64,000 nt of DNA from assembly GCA_963737265.1 (NCBI GenBank), contig CAVTRY010000021.1, positions 1-64,000 of the forward strand, read 5' to 3'. The position numbers were made by a program, and so were the translations under genes. Each line of letters begins with the position of its first letter. The stretch's first letter is position 1. Source of the DNA: an uncultured delta proteobacterium. GTDB taxonomy: Bacteria; Myxococcota_A; Polyangia; Fen-1088. The notes under the pieces are model-generated. The model had not been told where the DNA came from. It made no database searches and saw only the letters and a list, made by a program, of their open reading frames with translations. Shown in pieces: positions 33,656 to 43,938 of this stretch.

Positions 33656-34495
33656 GTGAACGACGAAACGCCTTTGCCCACCGTGAGGCTCGATCCCTTG
33701 CCGGGAAAGCAAACCGGCGCCACCCTACCGCGCCTGGTGGGACTCATGCAGCGGTTGCTCGCCCCGGATGGCTGTCCCTGGGATCGCGAGCAGACCCTGG
33801 CCACGCTGCTGCCCTACCTTGTCGAGGAAACCTACGAGGTCGTCGATGCCCTGCAGGCCGGCGCCGTCTCGGACCACTGCGAGGAACTGGGCGATCTACT
33901 CTTGCAGGTGATCTTTCAGGCCGAGCTTCGCCACGCCGAAGGCGCGTTCGGCATCGACGAGGTTATCGAGGGAATCGTCAGCAAGCTGATCCGGCGCCAT
34001 CCGCACGTGTTCGGCGAGGTTCACGCGAAGAACGCCGACGAGGCGCTCGCGAGTTGGGCCAAGCTCAAGGCCCGCGAAAAGGCAAAGAAGGGCAAGAAGG
34101 GCGCGCTTGACGGCATCCCGCGCAGTGCCCCCGCCCTGGTGCGCGCCATGCGCGCGGGCGAGAAGGCCGGCGCGGTCGGCTTCGACTGGCCCGATGCCGC
34201 CGGTGTGCGCGACAAGGTGAACGAGGAGCTGGCCGAATTCGACGAGGCGTGCGCCGGCAACGATCGCGCGGCCATGACCCACGAGCTAGGCGACTTGCTT
34301 TTCGCAACCGTGAACCTGGCGCGCAAGCTGAACCTGGACGCCGAGCACGCCCTTCGCGAAGCGACCGATCGCTTTGGCCGTCGCTTTCGTCACATGGAAG
34401 AAACGCTGGAAGCCGACGGGCGCACGGTCAAGTCGGCGTCGGCGGAAGAGCAGAACGATCTGTGGGAAGCTGCGAAGAAGGCAGAACGCAGGTAG
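33656..34495 (+). CDS. mazG: Nucleoside triphosphate pyrophosphohydrolase MazG
   Basis: GCPWDREQT, EETYEV, EELGDLL, RRHPHVF, GFDW; tandem MazG domains. Confidence 0.95.
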   Translation: MNDETPLPTVRLDPLPGKQTGATLPRLVGLMQRLLAPDGCPWDREQTLATLLPYLVEETYEVVDALQAGAVSDHCEELGDLLLQVIFQAELRHAEGAFGIDEVIEGIVSKLIRRHPHVFGEVHAKNADEALASWAKLKAREKAKKGKKGALDGIPRSAPALVRAMRAGEKAGAVGFDWPDAAGVRDKVNEELAEFDEACAGNDRAAMTHELGDLLFATVNLARKLNLDAEHALREATDRFGRRFRHMEETLEADGRTVKSASAEEQNDLWEAAKKAERR

Positions 34496-34553
34496 CCTGG
34501 CCACTTCCGCCGGGAATCCGAAGCCTTGAATTGAGGGCGAAGCCCGCGCTAGG

Positions 34554-35468
34554 CTAGGGGCTCCGGCCGAGGCCCAGGATGAGGCCGGTGCAGACGATCC
34601 ACAGGGCGATGGTGATGATGAGCGGCTTGTCCTTGAGGAATACCTCTTCCGGGCTGCCGCCGGCGTTGCGCGAGTGCGAGAGGTACACGTAGCGAAACAT
34701 CCCGAAGATGACGAACGGAACGGTGAGCATCATGAGGTTGTGGGCCGGCAGCTTGGGCGACGTGAAGGTATAGAGCGAGTACGCCATGATGGTCGACGAC
34801 GCGACGATGCTGATCAGGCTGTCAAGCAGCGACGGCGTGTAGAGCTCGAGAATCTTGCGGTGGTCGCCGGCGCGACCTTCCAGCAGCACGAGCTCGCCAC
34901 GGCGCTTGCAAAGCGCGAGGAACAGCGATCCGAGTAGCGTCACCGTGTAGAGCCATGGCGAGATCGAGGCGCCGATCACCACGCCGCCCGACACGGCGCG
35001 GATGACGAAGCCCAGCGCCAAGATGAACACGTCGAGCAGGACGATGTGCTTGAACACGAAGAGATAGCCCACCTGCATGACCAGGTAACCCGCCATCACC
35101 ACGGCGAAGAGCGGCTGGAGAAAGTAGGCGCCGACCAAGCACGCCGGGACGAGCAGCGCCGCCACCACCACCGCCATCCACGCGGGCAGCGCGCCGGAGG
35201 CGATGGGGCGGTTGCGCTTGGTGGGATGCTGGCGGTCATTCTCGACGTCGAGTACATCGTTGGCGAGGTAGACGGCGCTCGACACTAGCGAAAACAGGAC
35301 GAAAGCCACCGCCGCCCGCGACAGGTAGGTCCACATGGCCGGCGAGAACGGGAGCCAGCGCTCGTTGACGGTGAATACGAAGCCGGCGAACAAGAGCAGG
35401 TTCTTCACCCACTGCTTGGGTCGCATCGCCTTCAACAGGGCCCAAGGCAAGGATAGGGGCGCAGTCAT
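34554..35468 (-). CDS. UbiA-family decaprenyl-phosphate phosphoribosyltransferase-like protein
   Basis: RPKQWVKN, ND..D...DRQHP.KR.RPIASG, KRR.EL. Confidence 0.88.
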   Translation of the reverse strand: MTAPLSLPWALLKAMRPKQWVKNLLLFAGFVFTVNERWLPFSPAMWTYLSRAAVAFVLFSLVSSAVYLANDVLDVENDRQHPTKRNRPIASGALPAWMAVVVAALLVPACLVGAYFLQPLFAVVMAGYLVMQVGYLFVFKHIVLLDVFILALGFVIRAVSGGVVIGASISPWLYTVTLLGSLFLALCKRRGELVLLEGRAGDHRKILELYTPSLLDSLISIVASSTIMAYSLYTFTSPKLPAHNLMMLTVPFVIFGMFRYVYLSHSRNAGGSPEEVFLKDKPLIITIALWIVCTGLILGLGRSP

Positions 35469-35554
35469 TTCGCCGAACAGTAGCACGGGTCAGGCCATTA
35501 ATAGCGCGGGCCTCGCCCGCACAGCGAAGGCTTCATGTCGAGCCGATTCCCGAC

Positions 35555-36553
35555 CTACTCGCGCAAGGTTGGTTCCACCTGGAGAATCTGTTTCTTGAGG
35601 TCGCGGAGGACAGTCACTGTCGCCCCAACGCCAGCCTGCTCTTCGGTCAGCAGGCGGTGAAGGTCGTCGATGCCGGCGACTGGATGATCGCCGTAAGCGA
35701 CGATCAGGTCGCCGTCGTGCAGCCCGGCGCGCGCGGCAGGACTGTTGGGATCGACCGACACGACGAGCACGCAGCTTTCGCTGGCGAGGCTGTGAAAGCG
35801 GACCACGCGGCGATGCAGCGGCACATTTTGGCCGGCCACGCCCAAGAAAGATCGGCGAATGCGGCCTTCGTGAATGAGCTTGCCCATGACGAAGCCCGCT
35901 GTGTTGGCCGCGATGGCGAAGCAGATGCCTTGGGCGGGCAAGATCATCGCCGTGTTCACGCCGATGACCCGTCCCTGCGAATCCACGAGCGGACCGCCCG
36001 AATTGCCGGGATTCAACGCTGCATCCGTTTGAATGACGTCGTCGATGAGGTGGCCAGTTTTTGTGCGCAGGGATCGTCCGAGCGCGCTCACCACGCCAGC
36101 GGTGACCGTGCAATCGAAGCCGTAGGGGTTGCCTACCGCGATTGCCAGCTGGCCCACGCGCAGTGCTGACGAATCGGCAAAGCTCAGCGCCGTCAGTTTG
36201 GGCGCGTCGATTCGCACCAGCGCGATATCGGTATGGGGGTCGTCGCCGACCAAGTGGGCAGGCACGCGCTGCCCGTCGTGAAGGGTGACGTGAATCCGTT
36301 TTGCGCCGCTCACCACGTGGCTATTGGTCAGCACGTATCCATCGGGCGTCATCACAAACCCCGAACCACTGCCGGCCGCTTCGCCGGGCTCGTTACGCAC
36401 CCCGTTTCCTTGAGACGCCGGATCGGCAGCCCGGACTTCAATACGCACGACCGAAGGACTGACCTGCTCGGCCACCGCAGTTACCGTCTGCGAATAGGCG
36501 TCGAGTAACTCGCGGTCTCTTCTGTCGATTCCCGCAGCAATCGTCATGGACAT
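35555..36553 (-). CDS. HtrA-like trypsin serine protease with PDZ domain
   Basis: GSGF, TNSHVV, DIAL, TDAALNPGNSGGPL, PDZ; no signal peptide. Confidence 0.93.
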   Translation of the reverse strand: MSMTIAAGIDRRDRELLDAYSQTVTAVAEQVSPSVVRIEVRAADPASQGNGVRNEPGEAAGSGSGFVMTPDGYVLTNSHVVSGAKRIHVTLHDGQRVPAHLVGDDPHTDIALVRIDAPKLTALSFADSSALRVGQLAIAVGNPYGFDCTVTAGVVSALGRSLRTKTGHLIDDVIQTDAALNPGNSGGPLVDSQGRVIGVNTAMILPAQGICFAIAANTAGFVMGKLIHEGRIRRSFLGVAGQNVPLHRRVVRFHSLASESCVLVVSVDPNSPAARAGLHDGDLIVAYGDHPVAGIDDLHRLLTEEQAGVGATVTVLRDLKKQILQVEPTLRE

Positions 36554-36618
36554 GAGAACCTCCTCGTGGGGAGGTAATGGCTACCCTCCCCACATCGACG
36601 CCAAATCGACCGATCGGG

Positions 36619-37110
36619 CTACAAGGTCAGAACGCCCGTTCGGATGAGATAGGCGAGTCGCTCACGCTGGTCGTTTTTCAATAGTGCGTGGATGCGGCCG
36701 AGCGCCTTCGTCACTGCGTCGCGCAGCCGCTCTGCGGATGCGACACGCAAGTCCGCGGCCTCCTTGGCCCTGGCTTGGTCGAAGCTCTCGCCTCCGACCG
36801 CGTCGGCGAAGGCCGACAACGTGCGACGGCGATCCACTTCGGCCTGGGCTCGCTCGGTCTTGAGCTCGTCCAAGATCCGCGCCAGCTCGGTGACCTGACG
36901 TTCGTCCAATTCCAACTTGTAGGCGAGAAAGCGCAGTGGCCGCCGCACGCCGAACCCACCTTCGCCCTCACCGTCGCCACCGCCACCCGCACCATCGCCG
37001 CCCCCCGCCCATTCATGGCCCCGATGGCCGCCGGGACTGCAACTCCACGACGATTCTCCACCACAACGGCCGCGATGGGCGTGCCACCATGAAACAATAC
37101 CACTATGCAT
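36619..37110 (-). CDS. Spy/CpxP-like helical protein with His/Gly-rich N-terminus
   Basis: L.LDE.Q..EL and IHALL..DQR..L (LTxxQ-like) repeats. Confidence 0.65.
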   Translation of the reverse strand: MHSGIVSWWHAHRGRCGGESSWSCSPGGHRGHEWAGGGDGAGGGGDGEGEGGFGVRRPLRFLAYKLELDERQVTELARILDELKTERAQAEVDRRRTLSAFADAVGGESFDQARAKEAADLRVASAERLRDAVTKALGRIHALLKNDQRERLAYLIRTGVLTL

Positions 37111-37240
37111 GTTCTCTGCTCCTTTCGCCGAGGCCATCAGCTCCCGGCGGGCTATTGGTGTCCGTGGGCACCATGCCACACGGATTGTCTGATCAAATCT
37201 AAGCGCCAAAATCCAATCGTCAATAGGCGAAAGTTAGCAG

Positions 37241-38302
37241 TTACGGTAAGCCCGGTAGCGGCATACGAATTTGGTATAGGGCGTTCAGGGTGGTCACGTA
37301 GAGAGTTCGGCGATCCGTGCCGCCGAAGCTACAATTCGACGGCCGGTGGAGCATGGGTATTGCGCCCAAGGAATGACCAAACGAATCGAAGACTTGGATG
37401 GCCATTAACTTGTCGTCGTTGTTGGCTATGTACAAATTCCCGACGTCGTCTACGCAGATGCCGTCGGGAACGGTGAGCCTTCCCGAGCTCGCGCCGTCGA
37501 TGAACAGGCTGGGAGCGCCCACGCCTCCCATGGCATCGACGGGCAGACGCCATACCTTGGCCTGGACATCGCTTCCCACGTACAGCTTCGATCCATCGGG
37601 AGACAGGACGATACCGTTCGGCTTTTCCACATCCAAGATACGCGAAAGTTCCCCGACTGGTGACACGCGATACACGCCCATGCGCGCGTGGCCGATAGCG
37701 GGTCGGGCGCCCCAGTCGCTGTCGGTGAAATAGATATTGCCGTCCCGTCGCACGACCAGATCGTTGGGCGCGGAAAGCGGCGCTCCCGTGGATCCCACTG
37801 GCCAGCGCTCGGCGAGCACCGACATTGCGCCGCCAACCTCGACGCGTATCAACCGTCCATTGTACCGCTCGCATGCGATCAAGCGGCCTTGCGTGTCGAC
37901 CGCCAGACCGTTGGTGCTGGTCGGGCCGGCCGACGGATAAGGAAAAGGCCAGAACCGACCGGAGACAGGATCGAGGCGATAGATCCGGGCCGCCGGCCCG
38001 TTGGACTCGACAACATCGGAGAAGAGCAGGTACCCGCCCCCTGCGACCCACAGCGGGCCTTCAAGCGACAAAAATGGGATCTGGCTTGCCAGTGCCTCTG
38101 GCGCGCCCGCCCCGGCAAACAGGTTGGCCGGCGAAGAGTGGCGCCCGTCGGCGGGCCAAGCCACGGGAGGGGCCGCCGGGGTCGATGTCGTCGAACACGA
38201 CAGCAGCAGCAAACAGCACGGAAGTCCGATCGGACACGCGGAAGCCGTGACGCTGCGCCGGAGACTACGACGTGATGGGCGATCTGGAATCAGCATGACC
38301 AC
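37241..38302 (-). CDS. SMP-30/gluconolactonase/LRE family lipoprotein
   Basis: EGPLW, LFSD, NGL, PNDL...DG.IYFTD, PNGI.LSPD, PDG..VD..GNLY. Confidence 0.9.
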   Translation of the reverse strand: MVMLIPDRPSRRSLRRSVTASACPIGLPCCLLLLSCSTTSTPAAPPVAWPADGRHSSPANLFAGAGAPEALASQIPFLSLEGPLWVAGGGYLLFSDVVESNGPAARIYRLDPVSGRFWPFPYPSAGPTSTNGLAVDTQGRLIACERYNGRLIRVEVGGAMSVLAERWPVGSTGAPLSAPNDLVVRRDGNIYFTDSDWGARPAIGHARMGVYRVSPVGELSRILDVEKPNGIVLSPDGSKLYVGSDVQAKVWRLPVDAMGGVGAPSLFIDGASSGRLTVPDGICVDDVGNLYIANNDDKLMAIQVFDSFGHSLGAIPMLHRPSNCSFGGTDRRTLYVTTLNALYQIRMPLPGLP

Positions 38303-38367
38303 GATGAAAACACGAACCGGCGGTCATCACCACATCCGAGCGAAAGCCTGGTTGTCAGCTGTCCTGG

Positions 38368-38580
38368 CTAGCTTAGAAGGAACCGAAATCCCATGTAGCC
38401 GAGCATTCCCAAAGACAGCCCAAATTGAAGACGGTGCAGGACACGAAAGTTCGCCTCCACTTCGTCTCTAAATCGTTGTCGCCAAAGAGCGATGATGCCA
38501 AGAACAAGACCGAAAACGCAGCCGATGACGAGAGCATCCCACCGGCCCCACAACCGGTAGACCAGCGGCACCATACACAT
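38368..38580 (-). CDS. Possible small membrane protein or gene remnant
   Basis: Hydrophobic 70-aa ORF in a gap; no family recognised. Confidence 0.3.
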   Translation of the reverse strand: MCMVPLVYRLWGRWDALVIGCVFGLVLGIIALWRQRFRDEVEANFRVLHRLQFGLSLGMLGYMGFRFLLS

Positions 38581-38747
38581 CCCGCCGAGAGCCAGGCAAA
38601 CCAGGGCGAATGCAAAATCGAGAAGGCACCGTTCTGCGGTGCCTGCAGATCAGATGTCGCTGTGGTCGATTTGGTGACCTACTTCCTTCGCTCGCGCCTT
38701 GTGACCGAAGGCGAACGAAGTCTGCCGCATCGCCCCACGTGCGCTTG

Positions 38748-39203
38748 CTAAAGCCAGCCGATGCGGCGAACGATTAAGAGAACCAGCGCGCCCCACAGGC
38801 CGGCAAACACGTCGTCCATCACGACGCCCCACCCTTCGGGCAGGTTTTCTGCTTGGCGCGCGGGCCACGGTTTCCATTGGTCGAACACGCGGAAGAGCAC
38901 GACTCCAGCGAGGATGCCCTTCCAGTTGTTGGGCGCGGCTGCGAGAGTGATGAGAACACCGGCCGCTTCGTCGATACAGACGATCTGTGGATCCTTGAGC
39001 CCCGTCTTTCGGACTACTTCCGTCGCGGCCCAAACGCCTACCAAAGTAACCAAAACAGCGCCAGCCACGACTGCGAGCGGCCCACCTCGCGCCAGCAACA
39101 GGTAAAGAGGTATTGCGCCCAGCGTGCCGGCCGTGCCCGGCATCTTGGGAAAACGGCCACAACCGAACCAAATGGCGAGCAGGTAGGCCAGCCGGTATTT
39201 CAT
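38748..39203 (-). CDS. pgpA: Phosphatidylglycerophosphatase A
   Basis: PGTAGT, DP..VCIDE..G, FRVFD.WKPWP, GVVMDD..AG. Confidence 0.93.
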   Translation of the reverse strand: MKYRLAYLLAIWFGCGRFPKMPGTAGTLGAIPLYLLLARGGPLAVVAGAVLVTLVGVWAATEVVRKTGLKDPQIVCIDEAAGVLITLAAAPNNWKGILAGVVLFRVFDQWKPWPARQAENLPEGWGVVMDDVFAGLWGALVLLIVRRIGWL

Positions 39204-39925
39204 GCGTCCTCGCCGAGCATGCGCCGAACTTCGGCGGTGTAGCCGGCGCCATCGTGTACGACGAGGGCTGGCTCAAGCCGCGTTTCCGCCGGTCCACGCC
39301 GGGCTTCGATCAAAATGCGGTTGGCTGCTTCATCCGCGCGAGGCACGACCGCGCGCGAACGAGCAATCGAAAATTCGCGGGCCCGCAAGCCGGCGCGCAA
39401 CTCCTCGCTGCGATCGAAGGGAAATATTGTGACCAGGCGGCCGTCGGGACGCAATGCCTTGGCCGCTACATCGAGCCACTCCTGCAGCGCCAGCGAGACT
39501 TCATGATTGGCCAGGGCTTTCTCAGAATGCGGCGACAGCACCCCGGTTGCAACCGGACGAAATGGCGGATTGGTGGTCACCAAGTCGAATGTCCGCGCGG
39601 CCACGCTGCCTTCCGTGCGTACGTCTCCGCTCACCACGTGAAACCGATCCCCGAAGTGGTTGTCCCGGATGCCCTGTTCGGCCAGGGCCGCTAAGCGCGG
39701 CTGAATCTCGACCCCGACCCCACGCGACGCCGGATCGCGCGCCAGCAGCAGAAACGAAAGCGCACCGCTGGCGCATCCGATGTCCAAGAAGAATCCAATG
39801 GGTGGCGCGATGAAGCCGGCCAGCAGCACCGGATCCAGGCTGCTGCGAAAACCGACGCGTGGTTGAAGGAGCTTCACGCGCCCGCGCAGAAGCGTGTCGC
39901 GGGTGATTTCCGAGTCCTCCGCCAT
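39200..39925 (-). CDS. tRNA1(Val) A37 N6-methyltransferase-like (YfiC/TrmN6 family)
   Basis: Q...GFR...D..LLA.F, LDIGC.SG, VEIQ, NPPF. Confidence 0.85.
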   Translation of the reverse strand: MAEDSEITRDTLLRGRVKLLQPRVGFRSSLDPVLLAGFIAPPIGFFLDIGCASGALSFLLLARDPASRGVGVEIQPRLAALAEQGIRDNHFGDRFHVVSGDVRTEGSVAARTFDLVTTNPPFRPVATGVLSPHSEKALANHEVSLALQEWLDVAAKALRPDGRLVTIFPFDRSEELRAGLRAREFSIARSRAVVPRADEAANRILIEARRGPAETRLEPALVVHDGAGYTAEVRRMLGEDA

Positions 39926-39939
39926 GGTCCCTCCCGCGG

Positions 39940-41256
39940 TCACGCGGCAGGCGGTTGGTCGGCCCGAATCCTCTGCATCACCAGACCGGTGGCGAGCTTG
40001 GGCTGAAAATAGGTCGACTTCTGCGGAAGCACGAAGCCGGCTTCGCACGCGTCCAACACCTGATTCACCTTGGTGGCGTTCATGATGAACGCGGCCTGGG
40101 TCGCACCGCTGTCGATTCGGAACAGTGTTTCGCGCAGGTCGTGGCTGTAACTGAGGTTCCGCTGCGCGGCCATTGCCTCGGCGCCGATGCCAAGCAGCGG
40201 TTCCAAGATCAGACCATGCAGCACGCTCACATCCAAGCAACCCAGCGTGGGCGGCCCAAGGCGCGACAAGTCCGCATCCTGGCGCAGGCGCAACCAAGTC
40301 GTTCGGTCTCGGTTCGGCCGGCGTACGGCGAAGGTGACGGCGCCCTCGCCTTCACGGCGAAGACGCTCGCTGATGGCGGCGGCATCGCGCTCGTCGCCGG
40401 TCTCGACGCTGAACCAGGGCTCGCATCGTCCTGGCAGCGCATCGAGAATCTCCAAGGAAAGACCATGCACCATTCGGTGGGTGGGCAGGACCAACAATCC
40501 GGGATCCTCGGCGCGCGCGAAAAACATGGGTCCGAAATCCGCCTGTGACGCGCCCGGCGGCGCGGCCACGGGCCGGAGCGCATCGCGAATCGCCACCATG
40601 GTTTCGTAGCGATGGTGGCCGTCGGCAATCATGACTTGCTTGGGGGCCATCACGCGCGCGACTTCCGCGATGGTGAGTGGATCGGTCACCACCCATAGGC
40701 GATGCCGGCAACCGTCGGCGGTCGTGGCGTCAACGGCGGGCGCGCCCGCGGTGACGCGTTCGAGGGCCGACTCGGCCTCGCCCGCGGGATCGCGGTAGAG
40801 GGCGAAAATCTGCGAAAAATGCGCCTGGGTGGCCTTGATGAGGTTGAAGCGATCGACCTTGGGCCCCGACAGCGTGTGCTCGTGTGGCAACACCACCCGC
40901 GCGGAAAAAGGCGACAGCTCGATGAGCGCGATGAATCCTTTGCGCGCGTAGGTACGGAGCCCGGTGCCTGCATCGAAGGAGAACGTCTGTTCGTAGCGGT
41001 AGATCGCCGGCGCCGCGTCCTCGCGCAGGCTACCGTCGGCGATCCACGAATCCAGCAACTCGCGCGCGTGGAGATACTTCGCGTCGCCCTCGCCGCGCGG
41101 CAGATCCAGATGCACGATGTTGCGGGCGTGCTGCGCTTCGAGCTGCTTGCGCTGGTCGGCCGAGATCACGTCGTAAGGCGGTGCGATCACCTGCGCGGCG
41201 TCCGGCAGACGGGTAGTGTCGAAGCGAAGCGCGCGAAAGGCGGCTATCTTGAGCAT
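39940..41256 (-). CDS. DUF1015-family protein
   Basis: PPYDVIS, PHE.T, IADGHHRYET, PQKSTYF.PK. Confidence 0.9.
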   Translation of the reverse strand: MLKIAAFRALRFDTTRLPDAAQVIAPPYDVISADQRKQLEAQHARNIVHLDLPRGEGDAKYLHARELLDSWIADGSLREDAAPAIYRYEQTFSFDAGTGLRTYARKGFIALIELSPFSARVVLPHEHTLSGPKVDRFNLIKATQAHFSQIFALYRDPAGEAESALERVTAGAPAVDATTADGCRHRLWVVTDPLTIAEVARVMAPKQVMIADGHHRYETMVAIRDALRPVAAPPGASQADFGPMFFARAEDPGLLVLPTHRMVHGLSLEILDALPGRCEPWFSVETGDERDAAAISERLRREGEGAVTFAVRRPNRDRTTWLRLRQDADLSRLGPPTLGCLDVSVLHGLILEPLLGIGAEAMAAQRNLSYSHDLRETLFRIDSGATQAAFIMNATKVNQVLDACEAGFVLPQKSTYFQPKLATGLVMQRIRADQPPAA

Positions 41257-41305
41257 GGTCGTAATCTAGTTTTCCCGTGCGGGAAAGCCAAGCGCGATGC
41301 GTGCC

Positions 41306-42400
41306 TCACGCCGCCTGTTCGGGATACAGCCGCTTGAGGCCTTCTCGGGTTGCGGGACAGACGCCGCGCTCGGTAATGATGCCGGTGACCAGACGCGCCG
41401 GCGTGACGTCGAAGGCCGGGTTGGCGGCGGCGGTGCCTGCCGGAAGGATGTTCACGGTGGCGAGCGCGCCAAGGGCAGTGCGTCCGCGCACCCAGCGAAC
41501 CTCGTCGGCGCTGCGCTCTTCGATGGGGATCTGCGCCACGCCGTCGGCGATTTCCCAGTCGATGGTGGGGCCGGTCAGGGCGGCGTAAAACGGAACGCCG
41601 CAGTCATGGGCCGCCAGGGCTTTGAGATAGGTGCCGATCTTGTTGCACACGTCGCCCGTGGCGGTGGTGCGATCGGATCCGACGATGCACGCATCCACGT
41701 GGCCGTGTTGCATGAGGTGGCCGCCAGCGTTGTCCGCAATCACGGTGTGGGAAACGCCGTGCTGGCCGAGCTCCCACGCTGTGAGCGACGCGCCCTGGTT
41801 GCGCGGCCGGGTCTCGTCGACCCACACATGCAGCGGAATGCCAGCGTCGTGGGCCTTGTAGATGGGCGCGAGCGCGGTGCCGAAGTCGACCGTGGCCAGC
41901 CAGCCGGCGTTGCAATGGGTGAGCACGTTGAGGCGCCGGCCGGGATGCTTGCCGGCGATCTCGGTAAGGATCTGCTTACCGTACTCGCCGATGGATGAAC
42001 AGCTCGCCACATCCTCGTCACAGATCTCGCCCGCGCACTGAAACGCGGCGGCGGCACGCTCGGCGGCGGGAAGCGGCGCCACGGCGGCCACGATCTCGTC
42101 GGCTGCCCAGCGCAAATTGACCGCCGTCGGCCGAGCCGCGACGAGGCGCTCGCGCGCCGACCGCAACGCTGCGGTCGAACCGTCCGCTCGCAGCGCGAGA
42201 GCCATGCCGTAGGCACCAGTGGCGCCGATGAGAGGGGCGCCCCGCACAATCATGTCCGCAATGGCTCGCACGGCATCGTCGAGCGTCGACAGGCGAACCA
42301 GCGCGAATTCGTGCGGCAGCCGCGACTGATCGATGACTTCGATGGCGTTGCCGTCGTCCACCGGATAAATGGTTCGATAGTGTTTGCCGTCGACCTTCAT
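41306..42400 (-). CDS. mtnA: Methylthioribose-1-phosphate isomerase
   Basis: DQ..LP, VRGAPLIG, RPTAVNL, THCNAG, ETRPRNQGA, NKIGTY, NPAFDVTP. Confidence 0.95.
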   Translation of the reverse strand: MKVDGKHYRTIYPVDDGNAIEVIDQSRLPHEFALVRLSTLDDAVRAIADMIVRGAPLIGATGAYGMALALRADGSTAALRSARERLVAARPTAVNLRWAADEIVAAVAPLPAAERAAAAFQCAGEICDEDVASCSSIGEYGKQILTEIAGKHPGRRLNVLTHCNAGWLATVDFGTALAPIYKAHDAGIPLHVWVDETRPRNQGASLTAWELGQHGVSHTVIADNAGGHLMQHGHVDACIVGSDRTTATGDVCNKIGTYLKALAAHDCGVPFYAALTGPTIDWEIADGVAQIPIEERSADEVRWVRGRTALGALATVNILPAGTAAANPAFDVTPARLVTGIITERGVCPATREGLKRLYPEQAA

Positions 42401-42404
42401 GGCA

Positions 42405-43274
42405 TCAACCAAGGTACTTACCGACGAGGGGCGCCAGGCGCTGGCGGACTTCGGCCGGAATCCTTCGCCGATCGCTCCAGATGGCCAGGCTCAGCGCGGA
42501 CTGACAATCGCACGGTGCCGCTGCTTGGGCGGCGACTTGGGGAATCGCGCGCCCGATCAGCGCCAGCGCGTTTTGCGTCGCAGCCTTCACGTTGCCGATG
42601 ATCTCCTCCAGCAGGCGTAGCTTGTCTGCGCTAGCCCCATGTTCGCGCCAGCAGTCGTAGTCCGTGGCCAGGGCCACCGCCGCGTAGCAAATCTCGGCCT
42701 CGCGCGCGAGCTTGGCCTCGGGCATGAGGGTCATGCCGATGAGATCGCCGCCCAAAGCTCGGTGCATTTCGCTTTCGGCGCGCGTGGAAAACTGCGGCCC
42801 TTCCATGCACACGTACGTGCCGCGCGAATGCAGCTTGACCGGCAAGCCGTCGCCCGCCTGGGAAAGTAACCCGCGCAAGGTCGGACAGAACGGCGTCGCC
42901 AGCTCCACGTGCGCGACCACCTCGTCGAAAAACGTCCCTGGCCGGCGGAAAGTCCTGTCGATGACTTGATCGGGCAGTACCAGGTCGCGCGGGGCGATGT
43001 TCTCGCGCAAGCTGCCCACGGCGGCGCTGGCCAGGATATGCGTCACGCCGAGGGTCTTGAGCGCGAAGATGTTGGCGCGATAGGGAACCGTCGAAGGACC
43101 GAGCAGATGTCCTTCTCCGTGGCGCGACAGCAACGCAACCGGTACGTCTCCAACCTGGGTGGTGACGATGGGGCCTGAAGGCATGCCGAACGGCGTGTCG
43201 ATGGTGTGGCTCTGCCCAGCGCCGAGCCCACCCAGTACCTCGCCGAGGCCCGTACCGCCGATAATGCCGATCAT
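42405..43274 (-). CDS. mtnP: S-methyl-5'-thioadenosine phosphorylase
   Basis: GIIGGTG, RHG..H, EGPQFSTRAES, GMT..PEAKLAREAE, TDYDCW. Confidence 0.94.
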   Translation of the reverse strand: MIGIIGGTGLGEVLGGLGAGQSHTIDTPFGMPSGPIVTTQVGDVPVALLSRHGEGHLLGPSTVPYRANIFALKTLGVTHILASAAVGSLRENIAPRDLVLPDQVIDRTFRRPGTFFDEVVAHVELATPFCPTLRGLLSQAGDGLPVKLHSRGTYVCMEGPQFSTRAESEMHRALGGDLIGMTLMPEAKLAREAEICYAAVALATDYDCWREHGASADKLRLLEEIIGNVKAATQNALALIGRAIPQVAAQAAAPCDCQSALSLAIWSDRRRIPAEVRQRLAPLVGKYLG

Positions 43275-43373
43275 TCGCGTCCTCCTGTCATGCCGTGGAA
43301 CCCAGGAGAGTGCCCGGTTGCGAATGCCAGTGCAAGACTGTCGCCGCGATGCCGGAGGCGATGGCAACGCAAT

Positions 43374-43931
43374 CTACAATTTGTACGAGATCTTTCCGCC
43401 CAGGTTCAGGGTCACGTCCGCCGACCAAGTCTGTTCGGGAAAAACGCCCGCGAGTTGCATGGTGACAACGATCGACTTGGACGCCCACAGCTTGGTCACG
43501 TCGATGGGATACGACGTCTTGACGTCAAGCTCCGGAGACGGCAGCGCATTGTCGGGCCGTTGGTAGTTGATGATCTCCACCGCCGGGGTCGTCGAGTCGG
43601 CCGAGCCATCGGACATGGTGATGCGCGCGTAGTGGATGAAGCTCAAATCCTGCACGGCACCGACGGCCTTGAATTCCACCGCGTAGGCGTAGACCTCGGC
43701 GTTCATGTCCTTGGCCCACGACAAGTCATCCGAGGTCAGGGTGAAGGATTGCGTGGTCGAGACCTCGCCAAGCTGGCTGCCGCCCGGGATCCCTTGAAAA
43801 TTGACCGCCTTCTTCGTGACCTTGGCCTCTGAAACGTCAGCCTCGACTCGAGCGCAAGAGGCAGCCGCCCCGGATGCGAACGTCAGCGCCAGAATCAGCG
43901 GAGCAGTGCTTGTGAATTTCGAATTGCGCAT
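43374..43931 (-). CDS. Hypothetical lipoprotein
   Basis: Signal peptide ending AASC; beta-rich; GAGGGG SD; directly downstream of the barrel gene. Confidence 0.7.
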   Translation of the reverse strand: MRNSKFTSTAPLILALTFASGAAASCARVEADVSEAKVTKKAVNFQGIPGGSQLGEVSTTQSFTLTSDDLSWAKDMNAEVYAYAVEFKAVGAVQDLSFIHYARITMSDGSADSTTPAVEIINYQRPDNALPSPELDVKTSYPIDVTKLWASKSIVVTMQLAGVFPEQTWSADVTLNLGGKISYKL

Positions 43932-43938
43932 GGTCCCC

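Noticed and set aside
33656-34495. mazG as part of a defence or toxin-antitoxin system with the mazF fragment
   Set aside because: Standard tandem-domain housekeeping MazG, 16 kb away and in a phoH/ybeY context.
39926-40297. N-terminal extension of the methyltransferase ORF (also long extensions on mtnP, the permease and the 25988 lipoprotein)
   Set aside because: The extensions overlap upstream genes, the MITE or promoter regions; downstream ATGs fit family starts better.
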